NCBI GenBank assembly: GCA_951406725.2 | Contig: OX597816.1 | Coordinates: forward strand, 88,660,001-88,724,000 | DNA: 64,000 bases | Reading direction: 5' to 3' | From: Octopus vulgaris | Taxonomy: Eukaryota | Program-made: the position numbers and the translations under genes | The notes under the pieces: model-generated | What the model was told of the DNA's origin: nothing | Databases searched by the model: none | The model's input: only the letters and a program-made list of their open reading frames with translations | Part shown: positions 12,569 to 24,765 of the stretch, in pieces | How positions within the stretch are numbered: position 1 is the first letter of the stretch | How the letters are laid out: each line of letters starts with the position of its first letter

Positions 12569-13610
12569 CATAGATATAGGCAATTATCTAACAACCTAAG
12601 AGTCTCCATTAGTAGTGCCCCTAACAAAAATATTTTAACAAGTACCTACAATACAAGGCAGGAGGCAGGTTGTTCTTTCAGGGTATATAATAACTGTCCA
12701 GTAGGAGGTTGATGCGAGATTGAAGGAGTAATCTATGAAGCTTCGGTGACACCTTGACCTGCTATCTGCATTACTAGCAATGTACCATCTAAAAGCAACA
12801 TTAGCAGATTAACCAGATCTCACGCCAGTACAAACGCTACAGTCAGAGATGATGAATAGTCCAAGGTCAGCGTCACAGAGGACGTGTCCGACGACCACAG
12901 TACCACCGCCACAGATAATGAACAAAGCATTTTCATAGACACATATAGAGTGCCAGCCCCGCACCATATGTCACCACCATATGTACGATCGCCACACCTA
13001 GAGATGATGACCAGCCCAGGACCAGTGACACAAAGGAGGTATTCGGCGTTCTCAGTACCACCACCACAGATGATGACCAAACAATTATTATCGGCACTGA
13101 TGGAATGACCAGTTCCGCACCATATGTTACCACAGCCGCACCTGCACTAACGCCAGCAGCTACATCGCCAACCATATGACCAAAGAGATAACACCGTCGG
13201 ATCATTACGCCATATCGACTGTGTCAGCAATGATGTTACCAACATCATCCCCAGGTCCGAAGCCTATCAGAGGTATACCAGTAGTGCGAATATAGCCACA
13301 TCCCAAGTTTGTAAATGTATCATATCACTAGTACATCTTCAAACGTCGCTTCCGCAACTACCAGTCATATTTCAGAGTCCCAGAAAGACGGATTGTCACG
13401 ACCCTGGCCCACCGTGTGTGGCACCTCAAATATCAAGGGTCCCCATGATATATCAGGTGGAAAATAATAGATCATCCGTTGCAAAATCTGCATCGCTGAG
13501 AGATCTATAATTCTTAAGGACTATACTATAACCTGGCCCGTTAAATAGTAAAGAAATTTTATTTTTCTAAATGTGTCTACTTGAAGCGCTACCTACTGGA
13601 AAAATGGATT
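12100..13610 (+). mobile_element. Penelope-like element remnant (RT thumb, Cys-linker, GIY-YIG endonuclease; Neptune-type)
   Basis: SKKISNLSSSQDIFNAAAPYYNEAL...PPFSLNVKTCVGRIF...NCPVGG*C...GVIYEASVT, then FKRRFRNYQSYFR...LAHRVWHLK...WKII...ICIAERSIIL...FSKCV. Interrupted by CA repeats, stops and an insertion. Confidence 0.85.
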
Positions 13611-13781
13611 TTCCCGTTTGTTGGTTAAGCTTTTTGGGGCCTATAAGGGTTGTTTTATCCTCTGGTTCAGGCGAGACAATCCGGCTTCATTAACGTTTTT
13701 ATATGTAAAGACTTAAATCGCGATTTCTGAGCGTTTACTCACGAACTCGACGAAGAAAGTTTAATTCTTTTGTCATTGTGT

Positions 13782-13842
13782 AGAGCCTAATTAGCTGTCC
13801 ACAAGGCTTTGGCTTTGTGGATACGAAACCTTTGGTAACTCT
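13782..13842 (+). ncRNA. Degenerate type I hammerhead in the PLE 3' pLTR region
   Basis: agagc-CTAATTA (from CTGATGA)-helix II tgtccacaagg/ctttgtggata-GAAA-cc ttt gg-TA-actct. Confidence 0.5.
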
Positions 13843-14399
13843 TTGACCAAGATTAAAATTTTTGTTGTAATATTTACAGGTCTCTTCTTTAGAGTGTGCT
13901 TCTTTTCTGATATATATTTTATTGACTATATCTCTAATATAAATTGGACATGGGCGATCGTTGTATTCTTTCTTGTCTTGAGGTTCACAGCCAAACGGCT
14001 GAATGAATTCGCATGCAAAATGGCACACATATGGGGAATGTTGCATAGATTGGAATGAAGTTTCTATTTTTTCTTAGCCCCCATACTTATCGAGAAAATC
14101 TATTAAAACCTTTTCTAATAGGATTCCCCTGTTTGTTCCGCCATTAAAGCAACCAGTTGCTAACACAGCCGGCATATACCATTTCGCTAGCAGCAAGGGG
14201 AGTACAGGATGACAGCCAGTTAAAACTTTCGCACTCTTCTTTCACCTGTTTGTGGGTTTAATAATCTTAATCTTTAGTTACAGTTTCTCATCCAAACTAC
14301 ATAATAGGCAGAATTGTCGGATTAAGACAGTAGGGCGTTTTGAGGGAGATTTGACTGCTATTTCTACCAGATCCAGCTACCATGTACAGGTCTGAGCTT

Positions 14400-14483
14400 A
14401 ATTTTCATACACATATGCTTAACCGAAAACGACCACAGCCACATCATCCAAACAGACCGGGTAAAACCGGGCTTAGATGCTAG
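14400..14483 (+). mobile_element. Possible Helitron 3' end
   Basis: Imperfect GC hairpin accgggtaaaaccgggc just before CTAG|T. Confidence 0.4.
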
Positions 14484-14957
14484 TATATATATGCATACAC
14501 AAATTTATATGTAGGTATGTGTGTGTGTTTGTATGGATGTATTTATGTATCAATATACATGCTGGTGTGCTCTAATGTATATATGCGTGCATGTATGTAT
14601 ATTTGTGTGCATATTATTTAAACAAAGAATGACGTAGGAGAACTCACAGTGGTCAAACTCATGAATTTAGACAACGAATCTGATTAAATATATATACTGA
14701 GCACAATACAAAATAGATTCTTTTTTTTTCTTGCATGTTCGCCTATTTTGGATAATTTCGAAGTAAGGGAAGACAACGCAATAACCAAGAATTCTCAGGG
14801 ATTGGCAAGCCAAACATATTATGCTACATTATATCAAATATGCACGTATATATTCTACAACATTTCATTTCATTATATTATATTTTATTCTTATTCTCTT
14901 CACTCCTTCATTCAACTTTCCTTTTTATTTGACGTCTTAACTGATCAATTCTAGATA

Positions 14958-15160
14958 TTATTTTCTACTTTAGGCACAAGGCCCGACATTTTGGGGGAGG
15001 GGCCAGTCGATTAGATCGATTCCAGTGCTTAATTCCAGTGCTTGTGCTTAATTCATCGACCCAGAAAGGCAAAGTCGACCTCGGCGGAATTTGAATTCAG
15101 AATGTAAAGCCAGACGAAATACAGCTAAGTATTTCGCCCGTAATGCTAACGATTCTGCCT
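14958..15160 (-). mobile_element. SINE family A copy
   Basis: ggcacaaggcccgac...gtcgacctcggcggaatttgaattcagaatg...gctaacgattctgcc. Confidence 0.85.
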
Positions 15161-15243
15161 TATCAATTCTAGATCTTAAACTTCCCATAACATAACTCTA
15201 ACAACTTAACCTTCTTGATAATAAATAAATGAAAATAAATTTA

Positions 15244-15349
15244 ATGTCTTCTTCTATAGCCTCAGGCCGACCAAAGCCTTGCGAGTGGATTTGGTAGACG
15301 GAAACTGAAAGAAGTCTATCGTATGTATACATATATATATGCTGCTCTA

Positions 15350-15408
<59 letters not shown>

Positions 15409-15640
15409 GTATGTGTGTGTGTTTGTGTGTCTGTGTTTGTCCGCCCACCATCGCTTGACAACCAATGCTCGTGTGTTTATGTCCCCGTAACTTAGCGGTT
15501 CGTCAAAAGAGACGGAGAAAAATAAGTGCTAGGCTTACATAGAATAAATCCTAGGATCGATTTGTTAGACTAAAGGCGGTGATCCAACATGGCCGCAGTC
15601 AAATGACTGAAACAGATAAAAGAATAAAAGAATAAAAGAA
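15244..15640 (+). mobile_element. SINE family B, 5'-truncated, with internal (CT)n
   Basis: tgtcttcttctatagcctcaggccgacc...ggaaactgaaagaag...ggccgcagtcaaatgactgaaacagat(aaaagaat)n tail; aligns with 62484-62841. Confidence 0.85.
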
Positions 15641-15741
15641 TCATTCTTTGTTGGAGGCAAGAGAAAGACTGAGGGCAAGTGTTTGGGGTTCAGCAGCAAA
15701 GTAATCGTTCTACTAAGATCTCCAGTTATTCATACACAACA

Positions 15742-15922
15742 TCTTTTATCTAAGACTTGTTTCAGTCATTAGACTGCTGCCATACTTCGGCAACGCTTTG
15801 AAAAATTTATCATCCGATGTTTCAACCCCAATACTAATTTTTTTTTTATACGTGGTACATATTCTATTGTCTTCTTTGCACCGCGATGATGGGCGACCAA
15901 CACAGACTGAAAGACCCCCCCC

Positions 15923-15994
<72 letters not shown>

Positions 15995-16060
15995 CGGTCT
16001 TGTTTCAGTTTCCGTCTATAATATCCATTCACAAAGGCTTTGGTCGTGCCGAGGCTAAAG
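15742..16060 (-). mobile_element. SINE family B partial copy, with internal (TA)n
   Basis: cttgtttcagtcattagactgc tail and tttcagtttccgtcta...cacaaaggctttggtcg body in reverse orientation. Confidence 0.75.
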
Positions 16061-16074
16061 TCCTTTAATTTTTA

Positions 16075-16256
16075 ATTTTGGGGTAGCCGGGTTCAGTCGA
16101 TTTCATCGAGCCAGTGCTCAGCTAATACTTATTTCATTCACTCTTAAAGAACAAAAAGATAGAATCGATCACGGCGGAATTTGAACCGAGAACGTAATGA
16201 TCGATGAAATGCTGCATTTATCGGGAGCGTTAGCAATCTTGACAGCTCGCTGCTTT
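16075..16256 (-). mobile_element. SINE family A diverged copy
   Basis: ggcggaatttgaaccgagaacgta...gttagcaatcttgacagctcgctgc. Confidence 0.7.
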
Positions 16257-16710
16257 TGAACGCAGTTCGTCATCAAAAGAGAAATGTCCGAAGCTGTGTA
16301 GTTATTGTGTCAATTACTTCTAACTATCTACGACCTCCTACGTCGTATTCCATAAACCGGCGGAATATCATTTGCATATATATTTTCTTTATGTATGAAA
16401 CAACTATATCAAATCTAATTCATGCCAATATGACAATTGCACGTCAACTTCATCGGTTATATCATTAACTTCCTCTCTATATCTCATATCACCATGGCTC
16501 TCTATAGCGGTCGCCGAGTCAGAATATGTATATGTTACCCATTTCTTCTGTTTTAGAGAGCTAATATAACATTTCCTCTATCACTAAAATATTATTGAAT
16601 CTTAATCATTATTTTACTTGTGCGACCTTTTTGTTCTCTTTGACATCTGACATATATGCAAGTAATATGTAGATAAACATACACATACACACACAAATGC
16701 ATAAAGAGGG

Positions 16711-16755
<45 letters not shown>

Positions 16756-17169
16756 AATATATATGTGTGTGTGTGCATATATATATACACACACATATGT
16801 ATATAAATATCTATATACATATACGTGAATATATTTACAGACATATGGGGAGCAAAGGGTTGTATTAATATTAGATTTCCAACGGGCAAATCTACAAAGG
16901 TACATACATAGATAAAATAGTACCATATATATATAGATGTGTGTTTGTGTGTCTGTGCATGTGCGTCTGTCGATGTATATATGCAAGCATGTATGTATGC
17001 ACTAGTGAAATGTGTATATAACCAGAATATATTATATAAGGAGAAAATATAATGTCAATTTCTTTTTTTATAATATATGCAGCCTATGCATAATGCATCT
17101 GTATAAGTATTCATGCATATGAACGTCAAACTATTTTTTTAAATGTTTTGTTTCTATGTGAGTGTGTTT

Positions 17170-17220
<51 letters not shown>

Positions 17221-17384
17221 CGTGTGTGTGTCGTGTGTATGTTTGTGTGTATCAATGCACATATCGTAAATGATTAAAATTTCGGTAAAAGAGCTGGAGG
17301 AAAAAAAAGTCAAAAATTTCATTTCGAAATTTGTATTATATTGCATATTAGGCACTTTCTCTCTTTCTCTCTCTCTCTCTTCTT

Positions 17385-17545
<161 letters not shown>

Positions 17546-17761
17546 TACATGGATAGATAGCTCTAAAGAGAGTGGGGAGAGAGGGAGAAGCATAAAAACG
17601 TAAATGAACACGCCCATATCTACGTAAAAACTAATTATATATTTGTTCTTATATCTGCATATATACATACTTATACATATATATGTGTGTGTGTGTTTGT
17701 GTGTGTATGCATGTATGTTTGTATGTATTTGTATATATAAGCATAAACATATCCATATATA

Positions 17762-17805
<44 letters not shown>

Positions 17806-17919
17806 TACACACACATACGTACATACATACAAACATACATACATACATGCAAATATATACAACCTTCCATAGACGCGTGAATGTGTGTACGAATGCGAGT
17901 TAACGTACTTACGTGGAAG

Positions 17920-18200
17920 TTTATGCATGCATTCTTCATCGGAAACCCTTGCATTTCATTATTAAGTTTTTCAATAGCTAAATCGTCCAGCTGTATTAAA
18001 AATTTCTTTCATATTTCTCTATCTTCCATTCTTCTGTTGCTTTACGATGGAACATCTCTAATTATAGAGATCCAATCATTTACACCCAGCAGCAACTCCA
18101 AAATATTTCTTTACTTTTGAAACTCTCGCATCAATATATATTTGATAAAGAACAATTATCCATACATTTAGAAAAGAGTTTTTCTTTCTTCTCTTAAAAT
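17920..18200 (-). pseudogene. Degraded PLE GIY-YIG endonuclease fragment
   Basis: Manual RC translation IVLYQIYIDARVSKVKKYFGVAAG...YN*RCS resembles the VVYQ...YIG...YNH layout; contains stops. Confidence 0.45.
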
Positions 18201-18333
18201 TTACTCAGTTTTTTCAACATAGATTCGGTACTTACACACCGATACATAACGTGAAAATTTATAGCAAATATATATATATATATACATATAAAAATACACA
18301 CTCGCACACACATAAACACACCGGTATAAGTAT

Positions 18334-18423
<90 letters not shown>

Positions 18424-18470
18424 GATACATATATATATGTATATATATGTATATATGTATATATATATAC

Positions 18471-18558
<88 letters not shown>

Positions 18559-18620
18559 TTACATATATATATATATATAAAATATATTTGCTTTTTATAT
18601 TACACATATACCTGTTTATA

Positions 18621-18838
18621 AGGCGACGATTTGGCACAATCGTTAGCAGACTGGGCGAAATGCTTAGCAGCGTTTCGTCCATCTTTACATTCTGCGCTGA
18701 AATTCCGTCGGGATAGGCTTTGGCGCTCCATCCATTCGGGGTCGATGAAATAAGTGCAAGTGGAACATTGGGTCGATTTAATCAACTTAGCTCCTTCCCC
18801 GCAACTGGTGACCCTGTACCAAAATTTGAAACCAATAA
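18621..18838 (+). mobile_element. SINE family A full-length copy
   Basis: aggcgacgatttggcacaatcgttagca...catccattcggggtcgatgaaataagt...tgtaccaaaatttgaaacc. Confidence 0.85.
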
Positions 18839-18912
18839 TATATATAAAGACGTAATATGTGTGTGCTTACAGTGCTTAAGGTACGTATGTACTTGTGTAC
18901 CTACATGCACAC

Positions 18913-19085
18913 CACACAAGGGATGCTTAAAAGTTGCTGACTTTAAGGCTATCGCGAAAGGTCTATTAGGAGGCCCAAACTTCTGAATTGTTTTAGCACG
19001 CGTAGAACAACTAAAGGACCGCTGCAATAAGTGTGTGAATCTTAGAGGGGAGTATATTGAATAAAATCATAATTGACTGATTCTC
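18913..19085 (+). mobile_element. Mariner-derived element: TIR joined to transposase C-terminus
   Basis: TIR-like gggatgcttaaaagttgctgactttaagg, then a frame reading LKDRCNKCVNLRG, typical of mariner C-termini (RWxKCVxxxGxYVE). Confidence 0.7.
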
Positions 19086-19394
19086 CTGTATTTTCTTTAT
19101 CCATTCTTTTATGATTGTCTTTATATACAATGAATCTTTTTCCCTTACAACACCTCTTACCATTGATTTAATCATAAACCAGGTGTATTTTCTATACACT
19201 CATTTGTTATGAATGTACTCTCATACGAGCACAGTTAAATTGTCACATCTTTGAAGTCTGTCTTCTCGAAACACCAAGCGTTGGTATAGTTAAGAAATTC
19301 CTTTCTAACGAAAATTAACTCTCTTATGAAAGAAAAGGCCAGTGTTAGGTAAATTTGTTGGATATAAGAGAATTATAACGCTTATATGTATGTG

Positions 19395-19473
<79 letters not shown>

Positions 19474-19880
19474 GCCAGCATATCAAAAAATACCTTTAAA
19501 GGTTCACTTCCGGATTCTCTCACTCTGTGAAAGTTTCTAGTTCGAATCACACGTGTCTCGAGATGTGCCGAAGATTTTCTATTTTGGATATATTTGGGGT
19601 ACTTAGGTCTGTTCGGGACTTAGTGCTTGCTTTTTCCATGGGTATGAGTAAGCATTCCATTTATGTCTTACGTATTTATCGCTGACGAGGGGAAAATTCT
19701 TATGAATTAATCCCGAAATTGGGACCAATGGGATAATAACGGATTTTCTAGTATTTTCAATCGGCTTGTTTCGAGACGCATAAATTATAATGGTTATTGA
19801 CAATTTTGTCTTCTTTGGCATATTTGGCATTGGAATTTTTCTTTTGCCCTTATTTTATATGTTTTATATATATATATATA

Positions 19881-20369
19881 CAGTAATACCTCACTTTATG
19901 AGCATCAAGTACAAAATCCAAATTTTGAATGAGGTGCAAAAGTTTCTACTATCATAACAAATACTACTGCGTGTTACCGAGAAATTGATAATGATCGAAA
20001 AAAGCTTCTAAGCAAACAACTCTAGACTTGTGTTTTAAAAAAAATCTGCAAATCCATCTACGAGTGCTTATGAATCTGTGATCGCGTGTCTAGTGCGAGT
20101 GAAAGTGATTCAGAAAACTATGATAATAATACGTTTTTTTTTTTAATAAATGATCTTGACATTTTTCCCTTTGTATAAAATATTCTTTACATTCTATTGT
20201 TGTTTTATTGCCATTTATTTGCGAGTATTATAAATTTTATCGGTAAAATATTTTTTTTCTGGTAACGAATTACGATTTATATAATTGGGAATTATTACTC
20301 TGCTTTACGAATTTTCGCTTTGCGAACGGACACCGTGAATAAATTAACTTTTATATCGAGGCATTACAG
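19881..20369. mobile_element. Tigger/pogo-type non-autonomous element
   Basis: TA|cagtaatacctcactttatgag ... ttttatatcgaggcattacag|TA degenerate TIRs with TA flanks. Confidence 0.65.
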
Positions 20370-20681
20370 TATATTGATACATACGCATACGCTTACATCC
20401 GTTCTTACACGAACACACACACATACGCAAGTGCTTGTGTTTAAGTGTGTATATATACGTGTTTAGTTATAAGATTAATACACAATATATGCATGTAGCT
20501 AATCCGGTGGTACTCATAAAATTGCTCCTGAAATGGATCAGATAGCAAACCTCATAGTAAAGCAGAACAAAATAAAGTAGTGTAATATATAATCCGACGA
20601 AACTGAAATCCACTATATCCAATTGGTAATGGTTATTACATTGGGAGTGTATAAAATATACTTCTACACTCCTGATGATGC

Positions 20682-20753
<72 letters not shown>

Positions 20754-20899
20754 GTTACTACAGATAAATGTAGGTATATGTATTTGCATACATATTTTGT
20801 TTTAATGAAAATAGACACTTATATTTAAAAAACACATATTCAAGCATACACACATATATGTACATGTGTATGAAAATATTGGTATATGTATATATGAAA

Positions 20900-20949
<50 letters not shown>

Positions 20950-20959
20950 ACACACACAA

Positions 20960-21063
<104 letters not shown>

Positions 21064-21409
21064 GTTTCTGTGTGTTGAAAAGTGACGATCCTATAATGTG
21101 CTCAAAATTTGCTAGTTATTCGTGTAACTCACTATATCTACAAGCATATTAAAACCAAGTAAGGACACACCGGTATACAACAAAAATTACCACCAGTAAT
21201 ATACAGGAATACTGGCAATTCGAAATTGCGCTGACACTGCCTTCAATTGTAGGTCATTTCTCTCTCTCTCTCTCTCACTCACTCACCCTGACCTAGACTT
21301 GAATAATCTCAACAACCTAATATTCTTCTTCTTCTTCTTCTTCTTCTTCTTCTTCTTCTTCTCCACCGTCTCTCCTCCTCCTGTTCTTTCGTCCCCACTC
21401 TTCTATTTT

Positions 21410-21600
21410 TCTAGGCGAGCTCCAAGAATTGTTAGCATACCTGAGAGAACATGCTCTAGGTATACCTTCTGGCGATTTACGTTTACAAGTTCAAATTTCG
21501 CCGAGGTCGACCTTCTACCTTTGGCGAAAATATATACTAGTTGATCATTTGGGTCCATGTAATCGACTTCACTTGAATTGCTGGTTTCACAATTTGAATC
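21410..21600 (+). mobile_element. SINE family A diverged copy
   Basis: ggcgagctccaagaattgttagca...agttcaaatttcgccgaggtcgacc. Confidence 0.7.
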
Positions 21601-21964
21601 ATCTATTCATTGTTAGTGATAGAAACTGGATGAGATATTTAGCCGAGTAAAGCGACACCAATACTTCTCTGGTACTGTATTTTATGGTCCACGAAAAGAA
21701 GGGAGACTAAATTTTCCACGATAGTTTTGAACTCAGGGCGGCTAAGTTTACAAGTAAAGCCATTTTCACACGCTCTTTAGAGACTGTGTTGTAATTTTTC
21801 CGATGCTCAAGCACTGTGCCTCATAGGTCATGCACTTTTGTTATGAAGGACTGGGAAGCTTCTTTTTAACAATGTATTAGACGAATAAGTATTTCAGTTT
21901 CTCGTACATTATACATTACTGGTGCCGAAAATAACTAAACGAATTCTACAACAATTCAAATAAT

Positions 21965-22292
21965 ATTGGTTTCAAATTCTGGTGCAAGGCGAACAGGTTT
22001 GGAGAAAGAGATAAGTTTTCAACCGTTACTTATTTTATTTATTTTATCGTTCCTGAAAGGGGTGAAAAGGTAAAATTGACCTCAACGGAATTTAAACTCA
22101 GAACGAGAAGACAGACGAAATCCGATTCTTTCTTTTCTGAATTTTTTTTGGGGGGGAGGGGAAGCAGTTGATTACATCGACCTCAGTGTATCACTGGTAC
22201 TTAATTTATCGACACCGAAAGGGTGAAAGACAAAGTCGACCCCGCTCAAGCATTTTGTCCGGCATACTAAAGATTCTGCCACCTCGCCGCTT
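21965..22292 (-). mobile_element. Two tandem partial SINE family A copies
   Basis: 21965-22120 and 22140-22292 both carry atcg..ccgaaagg..gaaa..aaagtcgacc-type cores. Confidence 0.75.
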
Positions 22293-22599
22293 TAACAATT
22301 CAAATATTACAATAAACCTCATAAATTATCCGATTTTCCTTCATGTGTTCCTCCAGATTTCTTTAATAAAACTTCTTAACACTAAATTAGAACTTAAACA
22401 TATATTCCAATAGATAACCACTCTGCTTTAGTGGAGTAAATCCCGTCCTTAGTGAAAAATTTATTCATGTGTTTGTTGTTTTATATCAACTAACCGGAAT
22501 TCTTTCTTTACAAGTCTATACAGAAAATATCCACAGTGCACGCACTGCGAGACTATTGATAGCAATCTATCAATAGTCTTGGTTCAGGTAGGATTATTC

Positions 22600-23480
22600 G
22601 ATAGTATTACTCATTTTTAGCTTTCCACTTTACATTGAATATATGTTTGCCAGTTATATTTCCTTATTTAGTTTCTAGATGCTAAGTTTCCATTATTTTG
22701 TGAGTGATAATAATGTCTTTTTGGTTGTTATCCCTATTTTTAATTATATTTAGTCTTCTGATTATAATTTGCGTTGTATTCAGTTAGGTCACCTTCTGGA
22801 ATATGTTTTGCGGGTAAAATCTATAATTAATTCCGTTTCTTAATGGAATTGCTTCGCCTGATGGGATTTTCTTTTAACTTTGTGAAAGTAGTTATATTTT
22901 ATTCAATATGTGTGTGTTTTGCCCTAGTTATCGAATTCAGAGGAACCGGATTATTCTTAGCCACGTGGCTTTGGTGCCTAGATGCGCAAAGGAAAACCCA
23001 AAGTTTATAGAGGGTTTGTTTCTTTTAATTTACTGATTTTTATACGGGTAAACGTTGCAGATGTATGAAATATTGGTTGTGACGCTATTGAACCGTTACC
23101 GCTCTCATCTGTAGTATTTTTGCGTCAAGGTGTTTTGCGTCGAAGCCTGCAGGAGTTATCGTTTAGATACATTGACAGTTTCATTTGAAAGCAGTAACGC
23201 TGAGGTGAGTTAATCTATATTTTCTTAAGTGCTTTTGTCTACGTATGTCATTAAGTACCCAACATTCTCCTTTGGCTTTGATAAAAATATTAATATACCC
23301 AGGTGACATTCCGATAATGGTTCTTGGTAAATTTGCGCCTTATTACTGTTTCACATACAGATTATGTATTGCTAGCCGGTGAAAGTTAAATTATCGCCGT
23401 TTGAAAACTACCAGATGACTGGAAACGAGCAACTGGTAGGTAATATCTTCATTTCTGTAACAAATTCCCCGGAAACAATA
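22600..23480 (-). pseudogene. Heavily degraded PLE ORF remnant
   Basis: Scattered RC peptides occur in the expected order: QIYQEPLSEC, INSP, RFNSVTTNISYIC, KIGITT, NVKWK; many frameshifts. Confidence 0.4.
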
Positions 23481-23542
23481 TGCCAGCTTTATTCTGAAAA
23501 GCAATTGATTAGTATCTAATCTATTTTCATCCCTACATATTC

Positions 23543-23549
23543 ACACACA

Positions 23550-23645
<96 letters not shown>
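23543..23645. repeat. (CA)n array
   Basis: About 50 CA units. Confidence 0.95.
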
Positions 23646-23647
<2 letters not shown>

Positions 23648-23736
23648 AATATCAACAGAAGACGAAGGCGCAACAAGCAAGTGTATTAGTTTGACGCTCG
23701 GGAAAATGGAAATGTCTTTTACGTTTCAAGCCTACG

Positions 23737-23956
23737 AGGGTTTGTGTCTGTGTTTGTCTCTTGGCCATCGCATGACAACCAATAGTGGTGTGTTTATGTC
23801 CCCGCGACTTAGCGGTTTGGCAACAAAGACTGATAGAATAAGTACTAGGCTTATTAATAATGAGACCTGGGGTCAACTTTTTCGACTAAAACCCTGAGTG
23901 TGATGCTCCAGCATAGCCGCAGTCAAATGATTGAAACTAGTAAAAGAATAAAAGAA
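23737..23956 (+). mobile_element. SINE family B 3' half
   Basis: gtttatgtccccgcgacttagcggtttggc...gctccagcatagccgcagtcaaatgattgaaactagtaaaagaataaaag. Confidence 0.8.
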
Positions 23957-23969
23957 CACACACACAAAC

Positions 23970-24355
<386 letters not shown>

Positions 24356-24549
24356 TTATAATAAGGGCTTAGAAAGAAAATTTTCTAGCCTATATGCTAA
24401 GAAATAGATACTAAATCGTCTCACCACTAAAAGAAGTCACAAACACATTCGATGCAACAATCTAACGGAAATTTTTCATAAAACAGATAGTTCTGTATTA
24501 GCTAATTTCTGGATCTACCCAAAAGCTCTTGTCTTCAGCAGAACATGCT

Positions 24550-24594
<45 letters not shown>

Positions 24595-24596
24595 AG

Positions 24597-24765
24597 GAAT
24601 AATTCACAAAAAAAAAACAAAAGACGAAGACAGGTGGTGTAGACAACAAACAGATGTTTTAGTTTACCGATCAGGAAGTGAAAAAGTATTTAACGTTTCG
24701 AGCCTACGCTCTTCCACAGAAAGGAAAACAGAAAGAAGCGACAAAATAAAGAATGTGTAGTGGCT
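24597..24765 (-). mobile_element. Short hammerhead-like repeat family C, copy 1
   Basis: acaaaagacgaagacaggtggtgt...acgtttcgagcctacgctcttccacagaaagg aligns with 62842-63000; flanked by TG/TA repeats. Confidence 0.75.

Noticed and set aside
20585-20682. gagtgta/tacactc stem followed by CTGATGA
   Set aside because: No properly placed UH triplet, helix II or downstream GAAA; the sequence runs into a microsatellite
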